Shown here one piece after another: positions 1 to 9,108 of a stretch of DNA of 64,000 nucleotides. This stretch comes from Patescibacteria group bacterium (lineage in GTDB: Bacteria > Patescibacteriota > Microgenomatia > 2-02-FULL-39-11), in assembly GCA_023379265.1 (NCBI GenBank), contig JAMCUI010000009.1, positions 100,091 to 164,090 of the forward strand. Direction: 5' to 3'. The translations under genes and the position numbers were made by a program. Below the pieces are notes generated by a model. That model made no database searches, was not told the origin of the DNA, and saw nothing but the letters and a program-made list of their open reading frames with translations. The first letter of the stretch is position 1, and every line of letters begins with the position of its first letter.

Positions 1-752
1 TATTCCATATTTAGAGTGGATGAAAGTGATAGAACTGTGGTGGGGTAATTTGACGTGCTGCCGCTGGCTACATAAAAGCCTTTATTTTTGAGATAAGATG
101 TAAAGTCGGCATCGTCAAAGGAAAAGTATTTTGAAAGGTTGGCGGGTGCAGAATAACTGTCGGGGACAATATAGTAGACATCCGGTAGACCGGCTGGAGT
201 TTCTTTTACGTTTGGCAGTGTCAGGTGGCTTGTTTCTGTAGGATACATCCTTTGGGCCAGTTGGTAATTTACTATGCCAAAAGAAGTAAAAACTACCATA
301 AGAAGACCAATAAGAAGAAACGATTTATTCAGTGCCAACAGTTTTTTTTGTGTCCGTCTGAGAAGAATAAATATTACAATATATGTTAACGTCAATACTA
401 GGATTAATACATGATTCTTACCGATAACAGCTGGTCCCAAAATGAAAGAGAATTCCCCGAAAGCGTTCCAGATAGCACCGTATGTGAAAAAGAGAATCAT
501 AAACACAGAAGCAAAAATATCTCCTTTTCTTCTTTCCTTCATGACAAATCTGGCCGGGTAAGATAGTAGAAGAGCAAAAAGGATGCATACTCCAAGTGGA
601 ATAAATAGGCGGTTAAGAGTGAGTTCGCCTATGTTGTGAAGGAAAAGTGAGAGCACTGCAGAAGCCGCAAAAAATACAGGCGAAAAAGGAAAATAAGAAA
701 TTGCCAATCGGCACACCCTTTTTGCGTTTAGGATGGGATTTTTCAAAGTCAT
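1..752 (-). CDS. Membrane-anchored sulfatase-like / alkaline-phosphatase-superfamily protein (runs off the window edge)
   Basis: Manual translation from ATG at 752: several TM segments, then PDVYYIVPDSY...NKGFYVASGSTSNYPTTVLSLSSTLNME. Absent from the ORF track because its stop is outside the window. Confidence 0.65.
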   Translation of the reverse strand, partial: MTLKNPILNAKRVCRLAISYFPFSPVFFAASAVLSLFLHNIGELTLNRLFIPLGVCILFALLLSYPARFVMKERRKGDIFASVFMILFFTYGAIWNAFGEFSFILGPAVIGKNHVLILVLTLTYIVIFILLRRTQKKLLALNKSFLLIGLLMVVFTSFGIVNYQLAQRMYPTETSHLTLPNVKETPAGLPDVYYIVPDSYSAPANLSKYFSFDDADFTSYLKNKGFYVASGSTSNYPTTVLSLSSTLNME

Positions 753-910
753 GTCGAAAAGTGAAATTTGAAAAATTTTATGATAACTCCTTGAGAAAAA
801 GCTGAAAAGAGATATTTATATTATAAAAGAAAATTTGTCTAGGGTTCTGATCAATTCCAGATTGTAAGAAGATGTAATTATACACATTTTTTGGTAAAAT
901 CCATATATAT

Positions 911-981
911 TGCGGGATCGTATAACGGTAGTACGCATCCCTCTGGAGGATGTTATCTTGGTTCGAATCCAAGTCCCGCAG
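911..981 (+). tRNA. tRNA-Gln (anticodon CTG)
   Basis: Acceptor stem TGCGGGA/TCCCGCA, anticodon arm CATCC-CTCTGGA-GGATG, T arm CTTGG-TTCGAAT-CCAAG; CCA not encoded. Confidence 0.95.
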
Positions 982-1132
982 CAAGATTGGACACCCAGCG
1001 ACCGTAAGCTCTAAAAAAGCCCGATTCTGCTTGCTAAGTGTTATTTTATTTTAGGAAGTCTTGGACCGTACCCTTGTTATTTAGCAGTCATTTTTACCCT
1101 CGAAGATATGATCTTTAGATCGTGAATGTGGT

Positions 1133-2377
1133 TTATTTGAGAAACTGGGATGGTTTAATTGTTTTTATCCTTTGAAATAGGATGGAACTGATTATAAAAA
1201 GAATAGTGATAAAACCGGCCGAACAAAGTAACGCTAGATACCAGTTATAGGTAACAGGGATAGTACTGGAAATAACCCGATTGATATTATTTTCCATGGG
1301 GAGAAAATGAGGCTTTGCCGACAATTCCCAAGGAATTTCCATTGACACCTTCTGATGACTAAGAATCATTACTTCCACAAGTGCCAAAAGATTTCCAAAT
1401 ATCAAAGCTGATATTGTCAACACGAAGTTTTCAGCCAAGAACTGTTTTCTTAAATCGCTTATTTTCCATCCGAGCATTCGCAAAATTGCAATCTCTTTTT
1501 CTCTGGTCTTCATGATAAAAACGATGATTAAGCCGTAAGCAATTGTTAAAACGACGCCAAGGATAATAAGGGCGGTTTGCCCAAAAGAAGAAACTAATTT
1601 TATTTGATCGGTTAGGGTTTGAGAAAATGTTTTTTCACTAAAAACGAGGTAGTCTTTGCTTATACCTGTAATTGTTTTAGGAATATCCCCTTTCCATTGA
1701 GGTTTTGTTTTAAGCAGCACTACATTTACGAAGTTTTTATCCTGATCGGGAAAAAGTTTCTTCATCTCCTCTGAATTTTGGGCAATTTTCAAAGCTGATG
1801 GATAATTCATATAAATATCGGCCGGAATGATATTGCCGGTGAGGTTGGTGTTGACGATTCCGGCTATTTGATATTCGTTCTTACCTAATGCAATAGCTCC
1901 ACCAACCCGCAGAGAGTTTTTCTGGGCAAAACCCTTGGTGATCAAAACATTGTTGCCATCAAGGGTAAAGCTCCCCTCCGACACATTTGCTTTGAGAACG
2001 TTGGCAAATAAATTCCCCTTAGTCTGTACTCCAAAAACATCCTTAAAATAATCATTATCAAAATACCAAAAGTATAGGCCCGTATCGGATTCTTGTACAA
2101 AATCCAGTTTGGTAAGTCTGTCAACCTCGTTTTGATAAATGGGTCCGTTAGAGTGAGGATAAATTGCTCCGACCATCTGATCGGGAATTTTGCCGGTTTT
2201 TTGCACCACAGTATCTACTCCGATAGCTTTAAACGGTAATGAAGCGATTTGCTCAAGGTTTTGACTGATAGTTAGGGTAACTAAAAGGAGGGAAAAGTAG
2301 ATCGCGATACTACATACCAAAAGAATGGTTTTCCCGATATTCTTCTTAACCGATGAAATAAAGTAATTTAATATCAT
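1133..2377 (-). CDS. ABC transporter permease, FtsX/MacB family
   Basis: N-terminal TM, large extracellular domain, C-terminal REKEIAILRMLGW FtsX motif. Confidence 0.85.
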   Translation of the reverse strand: MILNYFISSVKKNIGKTILLVCSIAIYFSLLLVTLTISQNLEQIASLPFKAIGVDTVVQKTGKIPDQMVGAIYPHSNGPIYQNEVDRLTKLDFVQESDTGLYFWYFDNDYFKDVFGVQTKGNLFANVLKANVSEGSFTLDGNNVLITKGFAQKNSLRVGGAIALGKNEYQIAGIVNTNLTGNIIPADIYMNYPSALKIAQNSEEMKKLFPDQDKNFVNVVLLKTKPQWKGDIPKTITGISKDYLVFSEKTFSQTLTDQIKLVSSFGQTALIILGVVLTIAYGLIIVFIMKTREKEIAILRMLGWKISDLRKQFLAENFVLTISALIFGNLLALVEVMILSHQKVSMEIPWELSAKPHFLPMENNINRVISSTIPVTYNWYLALLCSAGFITILFIISSILFQRIKTIKPSQFLK

Positions 2378-3438
2378 AGTTTAATATTGTAATTAATCAT
2401 TGGTGCTGATTTAACAATTGTTGGAAGCTGCCATTGAAGAAGTAAGGTAAGAAGAGAAGCAAAAATTACGGCACTCGCAAAAATAAATAAGGTATCTATA
2501 GCTATCCATTGTCTTACTTTCATCTTTGGCCAACCTAAAATATTTAATATTTCGGTTTGATATGCGTATTCAAGATGATGAAGTCTTAATACTGAAAATG
2601 CCAAGAGTAAAGAAATCCCAATCATGATAGTACTGAAATATGTTCCAAAACGATAAAACATTTGACTGAGACCCGATAAATTTTTCAACAGGTTGTCTTT
2701 ACTGATAATCGAGAATGAAGGGTACAGCGTTGTTAATTCTTCTTTAACTTTAGGAAGGTTAGAGGAAGATTGTAGGGAAATAAAAGCTTGATTAACTAAG
2801 GCGTCCTTTTCGCCCACAAGTTTTAAGGCTGTTTGATAGGGTAAGAATCCTTGGGCATTAGCCAGATTGCTTTGCTCCTGAAAATCAACCAAGCCGATAA
2901 TTTTATAGTTATTTGTGCCAATTTGATAATCTCCTCCCATTTTGTATTTAAATAGAGTAGCGAAATGTCTTTCCAGGATTATCTCCTGTGAATCGTTATT
3001 GGAAAAAAACTTACTCCCTGGCATGAGCATGGGCTCGATATTTCTCAAACCTACTTTTGGATCGTCTACATCCAAAGCGACCAGTGTTCGATTGTTTTTA
3101 ATATCAAACTGCCATAGAACCAGGACTGTCGAAACATTTTTGACACCGGAGATTTTAGATATTTTTTCTGATGTCTGAGTTTTGGGAAACGACTCAAGGT
3201 TAAAAGGCACGATAACTCCGCTCGTCTTTACGTTCTGAGGGTTTTTATTGGCACTGTCCTTTTGGAGGATTATTTCCGTCTGTAGTGACTTAAGCGGGCT
3301 GTCGACAAGACCTTTAATGTAGTTGGTAAAAATAGTCGAGCTTATACCCAAAAAAAGGATTACTCCAGCCAAACAAACCGTTATGACAGTTTTTCTCCAA
3401 TAATAGAAGATATTTTTTAAGACAATTCGTATCATCAT
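2374..3438 (-). CDS. ABC transporter permease, FtsX/MacB family
   Basis: Same architecture with degenerate EILNILGW motif; 4-nt overlap with the downstream permease. Confidence 0.8.
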   Translation of the reverse strand: MMIRIVLKNIFYYWRKTVITVCLAGVILFLGISSTIFTNYIKGLVDSPLKSLQTEIILQKDSANKNPQNVKTSGVIVPFNLESFPKTQTSEKISKISGVKNVSTVLVLWQFDIKNNRTLVALDVDDPKVGLRNIEPMLMPGSKFFSNNDSQEIILERHFATLFKYKMGGDYQIGTNNYKIIGLVDFQEQSNLANAQGFLPYQTALKLVGEKDALVNQAFISLQSSSNLPKVKEELTTLYPSFSIISKDNLLKNLSGLSQMFYRFGTYFSTIMIGISLLLAFSVLRLHHLEYAYQTEILNILGWPKMKVRQWIAIDTLFIFASAVIFASLLTLLLQWQLPTIVKSAPMINYNIKL

Positions 3439-3443
3439 GCATG

Positions 3444-3890
3444 TTAATTGAGAGATTTTAGTATCTCTCTCAAATCTTCATAACTCCAACCACCTTCAAA
3501 AGACGGAGCAAAGGCGTCACCTTCGGGAAAGTTCTTCAGCTCAACTGATTTACCATCTACAGTAAACGTATCTTTGCCACCGATGAAAATAACAATCGGC
3601 ATATGTTCGGTGAGATTGTATTTGTCAATTACGCTTTTGGCTTGAGGATCATCAAAACTGAATTCTTTTACCGTAAATTTCGGAAATTCTGTAATGATTG
3701 GCTCAACCTTTCTGACAATCGCTACTGCCGGAGGATGAGGAAGATAGAAAATTTCGATAGTTTGAGGAGTCATCTGATACGAAGTATTACTGCTTACAGA
3801 TTGATTCTTTTGTTTAAAGACAAACAAGTAAGAAGCCGCTCCAATGATAAGAATCAACACCAAAACAATACCTAAAATTCTTTTACTCAT
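3444..3890 (-). CDS. Membrane-anchored hypothetical protein, possible thioredoxin-like fold without CxxC
   Basis: N-terminal TM; IEIFYLPHPPA ... KYNLTEHMPIVIFIGG pattern; inside the ABC operon. Confidence 0.6.
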   Translation of the reverse strand: MSKRILGIVLVLILIIGAASYLFVFKQKNQSVSSNTSYQMTPQTIEIFYLPHPPAVAIVRKVEPIITEFPKFTVKEFSFDDPQAKSVIDKYNLTEHMPIVIFIGGKDTFTVDGKSVELKNFPEGDAFAPSFEGGWSYEDLREILKSLN

Positions 3891-4560
3891 TTTTATCTCC
3901 TTTCATTTGAGATAACATTCCTTTTGACAACTGGTAAACCTTTTGAGTTTTTTTGGCGATATCTTTTTCGTGGGTCACAACAATGAAAGTAGTGGAATAT
4001 TTCTTATGCAGACTTTCAAATAAACTCATTATTTTATCCGAAGTAGCTTCATCAAGGTTGCCAGTTGGTTCATCAGCTAAAACTAGTTTCGGTCGGTTGA
4101 CTAAGCTTCGAGCAATTGCTACTCGTTGTTTTTCTCCGCCACTCAGGTTATCTACGCACTTGTTTTCTTTTCCCGAAAGCCCTACTTGATCAATTAGATC
4201 TAGAATTCGTTTGTTCTTCTCGTCCTTGTCAATGTCTTTGCGAGGATAAATAGCTAAATAAATATTGTCATAAACAGATAATGAGGGGATGAGTTTAAAG
4301 TCCTGGAAGACAATACCTATATTTTTGAGACGAAACTCAGCTAGTTGTTCTTCAGAGTAGTGAGTTATATCTGAGTTGGAAAAGACAACCTTGCCACTAT
4401 CAGAAGAAACTAAACCCGCCATGATAGATAAAAGAGTTGTTTTACCTACTCCAGATTTACCGATAATGCTGACGAATTCTTTCTCTTCCAGATCAAAGCT
4501 GATTTGTTCTAAGACTTCTTGGTTGCCATAAGTTTTTGAGATCTGCTTTAAAGTCAACAT
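3883..4560 (-). CDS. ABC transporter ATP-binding protein (LolD/MacB-like)
   Basis: Walker [33 protein letters not shown]. Confidence 0.95.
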   Translation of the reverse strand: MLTLKQISKTYGNQEVLEQISFDLEEKEFVSIIGKSGVGKTTLLSIMAGLVSSDSGKVVFSNSDITHYSEEQLAEFRLKNIGIVFQDFKLIPSLSVYDNIYLAIYPRKDIDKDEKNKRILDLIDQVGLSGKENKCVDNLSGGEKQRVAIARSLVNRPKLVLADEPTGNLDEATSDKIMSLFESLHKKYSTTFIVVTHEKDIAKKTQKVYQLSKGMLSQMKGDKNE

Positions 4561-4562
4561 AG

Positions 4563-4841
4563 TTATTTTTTATAAAGATTAATAACTTGGGACAATTTTT
4601 CCTTTTGTTCTTTGGAAAGCCCTTCTCCACCATTTAATATTTGATGGACGATACTGCCTTCCAAAGTTTTGCTTCTTAAAGCATCGAATGATTTGGCAAT
4701 TGAGGTAACTAACATAGCAATTCCCATGCAATCGGCATCATCTGCTATATATCTTTTAAGTGTTTCAATCTGACCTTGTATGCGGTTAAGGTGATCTAAA
4801 GTCCGTTCCCGTCTGTTTTTAATTTTCGTATTAATTTTCAT
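4563..4841 (-). CDS. CsoR/RcnR-family transcriptional repressor
   Basis: LNRIQGQI...DC motif, 92 aa, heads the operon. Confidence 0.85.
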   Translation of the reverse strand: MKINTKIKNRRERTLDHLNRIQGQIETLKRYIADDADCMGIAMLVTSIAKSFDALRSKTLEGSIVHQILNGGEGLSKEQKEKLSQVINLYKK

Positions 4842-4844
4842 ATG

Positions 4845-4866
4845 TATATACCCCCACCCCTATATA
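4845..4866. promoter_or_regulatory. Putative CsoR/RcnR-type operator
   Basis: TATATA-CCCCCACCCC-TATATA: C-tract flanked by an AT-rich palindrome just upstream of the repressor start, the layout known for this family. Confidence 0.65.
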
Positions 4867-4939
4867 ATATACTCTTTTTTCTGAGTAAATGCTGAAACGA
4901 GTAAAGGAGGCAAATTCGCTTGCTTAAATTTGTTACAAT

Positions 4940-5278
4940 ATGGATAGTCAAACTATGAAACTTGCCATTATTCTTTCAACTAACAACGCAGAAAAAAACT
5001 GGAACGCATTTAGACTAGGCAACTTAGCTTTAAAAAGTGGTGATAACGTAAGCGTATTCCTTATCGGTGAGGGTGTTGAATACTTACAATTTACTAGTGA
5101 CAAATTTGACATCCAAAAACAGGTTGATGCATTTCTTAAATCAAGAAATGGAGAAATTTTAGCCTGTGAGACGTGTATGGATCTTCGGCATCAAGAAGGT
5201 AATAAAACCTGTCCGGTAAGCGGAATGAAAGAACTGTATAATTTGATAAAAGAGAGTGATAAGGTAGTTACTTTTTAA
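4940..5278 (+). CDS. DsrE/DsrF-like family protein
   Basis: NAFRLGNLAL..VSVFLIGEGVE, ILACETCMDLR, SDKVVTF; true start may be the ATG at 4955. Confidence 0.85.
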   Translation: MDSQTMKLAIILSTNNAEKNWNAFRLGNLALKSGDNVSVFLIGEGVEYLQFTSDKFDIQKQVDAFLKSRNGEILACETCMDLRHQEGNKTCPVSGMKELYNLIKESDKVVTF

Positions 5279-5282
5279 TCGT

Positions 5283-5978
5283 ATGAAAAAGCTACTGTTT
5301 GGCCTAAGCACATTATTGATCTTAGGGATTGTCTTTTCTTCTTCTGTATCAGCCCAAGGGATGATGAACTGGGGTAATACTTCCAGCGCAACTCCCTCCT
5401 CAGTGACTTCAACTGCTCAGGATGAAAGTAAAGGAAGACAACTATGGGATCAACTGCAAGCAAAACAAGTGACTTGTGAGAGTTTAAAAGATGACGATTT
5501 TGAAGTATTAGGTGAATACTTTATGGGTCAGTCTGTCGGTAATACGGAAAGACATGCCGTTATGAACCAAATGATGCAGAATATGATGGGTCAAAACGGA
5601 GAAGAGCAAATGCACATATCGCTTGGTAAAAGATCAAGTAGTTGTGATACCAATGTTTCGTTTCCTTCAGGATACGGATTACCTATGATGTGGTGGATGA
5701 TGGGAGGAGGTGGAAATCCTATGATGGGATATGGCGGCTGGAATAACTGGGGTAATATGATGGGTTGGGGAGGTTTTGGCTTCGGCTGGATATTTATGAT
5801 TATCTTTTGGACTCTTATTATTCTAGGTGTCGTTGCTTTAGTCCGATACTTAGGAGGTACCAGACAAAACAATACAATAGATAGAGCTAATCCGCCTTTG
5901 GACATTCTCAAAGAGCGTTATGCCAAAGGAGAAATCAACAAGAAAGAGTTTGAGGAAATGAAAAAGGACTTGAGATAG
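5283..5978 (+). CDS. Met/Gly-rich membrane protein with C-terminal SHOCT domain
   Basis: Signal peptide, MMGG repeats, TM, LDILKERYAKGEINKKEFEEMKKDL. Confidence 0.85.
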   Translation: MKKLLFGLSTLLILGIVFSSSVSAQGMMNWGNTSSATPSSVTSTAQDESKGRQLWDQLQAKQVTCESLKDDDFEVLGEYFMGQSVGNTERHAVMNQMMQNMMGQNGEEQMHISLGKRSSSCDTNVSFPSGYGLPMMWWMMGGGGNPMMGYGGWNNWGNMMGWGGFGFGWIFMIIFWTLIILGVVALVRYLGGTRQNNTIDRANPPLDILKERYAKGEINKKEFEEMKKDLR

Positions 5979-5995
5979 GGTAAACTTGAAAAGAA

Positions 5996-6568
5996 ATGAA
6001 AACCAGAGAAAGCGGTATGCCAGATGAAAAGATGTGGGATACTTTTTTTGATCCGGATACCATTTTGGATAGTTTAGGCATAAAAAATCTCACAGGAAAT
6101 ATAGCTGATTTTGGTTGCGGATACGGAACATTTACTATTCCGGCAGCAAAAAGAACAAAAGGTAAGGTATATGCACTTGATATTGAAAAAGAGATGGTAC
6201 AAATAACACAGGAGAAGGCAAAGCAATCAGGTTTAAATAATGTAGTAGCAATTCAAAAGGATTTTATGACCGGTGGTACAGGACTCGCCGACTCATCCTG
6301 TGACATAGTTTTGCTTTTTAATATTCTTCATGCAGAAAATCCGTTAAATATATTGGTTGAATCAAAAAGAATTCTCACTTCAGGAGGAGCAGTAGCTATA
6401 ATTCACTGGATTCCTGATCCTACAACTCCCCGCGGACCACCGATGAGCATTCGTCCGCATCCTGAAGAAATTCAAAATTGGTTGAAAGAAGCAGGTTATA
6501 AATTAAAAAACACGATAATTCCACTTCCTCCATATCATTATGGTTTATTGGGGAAAAAGACTGATTAA
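5996..6568 (+). CDS. Class I SAM-dependent methyltransferase
   Basis: IADFGCGYGTF motif I, VYALDI. Confidence 0.9.
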   Translation: MKTRESGMPDEKMWDTFFDPDTILDSLGIKNLTGNIADFGCGYGTFTIPAAKRTKGKVYALDIEKEMVQITQEKAKQSGLNNVVAIQKDFMTGGTGLADSSCDIVLLFNILHAENPLNILVESKRILTSGGAVAIIHWIPDPTTPRGPPMSIRPHPEEIQNWLKEAGYKLKNTIIPLPPYHYGLLGKKTD

Positions 6569-6634
6569 GTGATAGAATAAGTAACTTTTTAATAGTCGTA
6601 TTGAAATAAACTAGGTTATCTCATTTAAATTTCC

Positions 6635-7246
6635 ATGCCAGAAAAACTTCATAAAAAAGCACTGTTGCTTTCTTATTTTACCGTTGTTTATAACATTATA
6701 GAGGGAATCCTCTCCATATTTGTTGGAGCAAGTACAGGGAGCATTTCCCTGGTTGGATTTGGTCTGGACAGTTTCATAGAAAGTCTATCGGGCAGTATCT
6801 TAATATGGAGATTTACTAAAAGCAGTCATATATCAAACAGTCACACTGATGAAACTGAACAAAAAGCCATACGGCTTATCTCATATACCTTTTTTATCCT
6901 AGGAGGGTATGTTTTATATGAGTCTATTACCAAACTCCTTAGACAGGAATCTCCAACACAAAGCGTCTTTGGCATAATTATTGCTGTCGTTTCAATCATG
7001 GTAATGATTGGTCTATATAAAAATAAAATCAACTTTGGCATGAAAAATCATATTAGAAGTATAGTTGCTGATTCCAGGCAAACTCTTGCTTGCATATGGA
7101 TGTCAATCACAATGCTTTTCGGTCTTGGTCTTCATTATATGTTTGGAATTTGGTGGAGTGATGCTGTTGCAGGAATAGTAATCTCGATGTTTCTGTTTAA
7201 GGAAGGATATAATACTTATCGAGAAAAGAAGTTATGCAGTTGTTGA
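6635..7246 (+). CDS. Cation diffusion facilitator-like transporter (TM domain only)
   Basis: YNIIEG, SISLVGFGLDSFIES, WWSDAVAG. Confidence 0.8.
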   Translation: MPEKLHKKALLLSYFTVVYNIIEGILSIFVGASTGSISLVGFGLDSFIESLSGSILIWRFTKSSHISNSHTDETEQKAIRLISYTFFILGGYVLYESITKLLRQESPTQSVFGIIIAVVSIMVMIGLYKNKINFGMKNHIRSIVADSRQTLACIWMSITMLFGLGLHYMFGIWWSDAVAGIVISMFLFKEGYNTYREKKLCSC

Positions 7247-7428
7247 TGATGATTATGCTGGATATGATATTCTTTCTTACGCTGACGATGGACTAGTTCA
7301 AACTATATCAGCTGTAAATGAAACATTCCTTTTTTAAGGTGTCTCATTTGTCTCATTTAGCCTCAGGTATGATACACTATAAGGATAGAAGTTATAACGA
7401 TTGTAAGGGTCTTGACCGGCACGCTCAG

Positions 7429-7505
7429 CCATTCGACTCACTTTATTCGCTCATGGCTATAGCCAGTGAGTTGAATGTCATGAGTGAGCACAGCGAATTG
7501 AAGGG
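7429..7505. repeat. REP-like imperfect palindrome
   Basis: CCATTCGACTCACTTTATTCGCTCATGGC (7429-7457) is an imperfect inverted repeat of GTCATGAGTGAGCACAGCGAATTGAAGGG (7477-7505); lies between convergent genes. Confidence 0.6.
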
Positions 7506-7626
7506 TTCTGACTGTCTCGCTCAGCCAAATTGGGCGCAGAAGAAATACAACTATTTTACTTTGTTCACTCGCTGTTATAATTGCCACATTAGATATTCAA
7601 AATCTCAATCCTTAGAATCGTTTTTA

Positions 7627-8925
7627 TCAATTAATTCCAGATAAGTTAAGCTTTATATACCCACTGGGAATTGTTTTCCAACGTACTACATCTTTTATAT
7701 TTGTTAATGTCACTGATCCAAATACAGCAGCAATAACAGCGGCAATTCCTCCGATTCCCAATCCCCATCTAGGTCCAATATGTTGGCCGATCCAACCAAT
7801 CAAAGGTCCTCCGATAGAGGTTGACCCCAAAAAGGCCATAGTCCAGTATGCCATTATTCTGCCCCTCATCTCAGGAATGCACTCCAATTGTAAAATCGTA
7901 TTTCCCAGTGATTGGAACGAAATATAGAAAAATCCTACAAACAGGATGGCAACAATTGTAAGAGTAACCGTGGGCATCATTGCAGAAATGAGAGTGGATA
8001 TTCCGAAGAACAGTGCTGATATTACCATCATCCAACTTTCCATCCGTCTTTGACCAGCCAAATATATTCCTCCAATTATTGCTCCTATCCCTTGTGCTGC
8101 AGTCAGCGAGGCATAAGTGCTTGCACTTCCGTGAAATGTAAAGTCGACAATTAACGGGAGACTAACCTGGAACTCATAGGTGAGCGTTCCAATAATTGCC
8201 ATCATGATAATCGAATTGCGTATAATAGGATTTGCTATTATATATCGCATTCCATCAAATAACTGGTTTTTTACTTCTCTGGCTGATTTTGCCGCTTGAA
8301 CAAAGTATACTTTCTCAACCTTAATAAATATAAGTGCCAACAGTATTCCTGTATAGGAAAATGCATTTACAATAAAGCACACACCTATGCCTTTTGTCGC
8401 TATCAAGATTCCAGCAAGGGCAGGACCTACGACACGTGATATGTTGACTAGAATACTAAATAACGATAGGGCGTTTTTAAGTTTTTCCTTTCCAACCATT
8501 TCACCTACAAACACTTGTCTGGTAGGGTTATCGATCATATTCACCACCCCATATGAGAAAGCAAGTACGGCAACTATCCACACTTTGACTGATCCGGTTA
8601 AAACTAAATATCCTAATAGTAACGACTGGAGTGCGAAAATTGACTGTGTTATAAAGATCAGTTTACGCTTGTCATAGCGATCTGAAATCAATCCTCCAAA
8701 GGGAGCAAAAAGAAGTATTGGTACAAACTGCATGGCTGTCGTTATTCCCAAAGCAATGCCTGAATGGGTCAGCTTCAGTATCAACCATGCTTGAGCAACA
8801 GTTTGCATGTATGTTCCGGGAGTGGATATCAGTTGCCCCAAATAATATAAACGGTAATTTCTATTTGAGAGCGAAGTCAAAAACCATCGGAAATATCCTC
8901 TGAATGGAATCATTACTTTGTACAT
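7627..8925 (-). CDS. MFS transporter (MFS_3 / transmembrane secretion effector-like)
   Basis: GGLISDRYDKRK motif A, ~12 TM; paralog of 18796-20076. Confidence 0.9.
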   Translation of the reverse strand: MYKVMIPFRGYFRWFLTSLSNRNYRLYYLGQLISTPGTYMQTVAQAWLILKLTHSGIALGITTAMQFVPILLFAPFGGLISDRYDKRKLIFITQSIFALQSLLLGYLVLTGSVKVWIVAVLAFSYGVVNMIDNPTRQVFVGEMVGKEKLKNALSLFSILVNISRVVGPALAGILIATKGIGVCFIVNAFSYTGILLALIFIKVEKVYFVQAAKSAREVKNQLFDGMRYIIANPIIRNSIIMMAIIGTLTYEFQVSLPLIVDFTFHGSASTYASLTAAQGIGAIIGGIYLAGQRRMESWMMVISALFFGISTLISAMMPTVTLTIVAILFVGFFYISFQSLGNTILQLECIPEMRGRIMAYWTMAFLGSTSIGGPLIGWIGQHIGPRWGLGIGGIAAVIAAVFGSVTLTNIKDVVRWKTIPSGYIKLNLSGIN

Positions 8926-9108
8926 ATCCCTGTATATTATCGGTATCAGATGAAGTAATTATGAAGGTGTGGAAGTCGGAAAGGACCTAAATTTCAGCAG
9001 ACTATATCCCCTAAATTCAAAAAATAATAGCGGCCGTGCTTAAAACCTTTTCAAAATGAATTTAATATTTTACTTTATAAACAAAAGTGAACATTATATT
9101 ATAGGGTA

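Noticed and set aside
778-984. 68-aa ORF on the minus strand
   Set aside because: It is the antisense reading of tRNA-Gln.
7318-7644. 108-aa ORF
   Set aside because: It runs through a REP-like palindrome and has no protein-like features; probably spurious.
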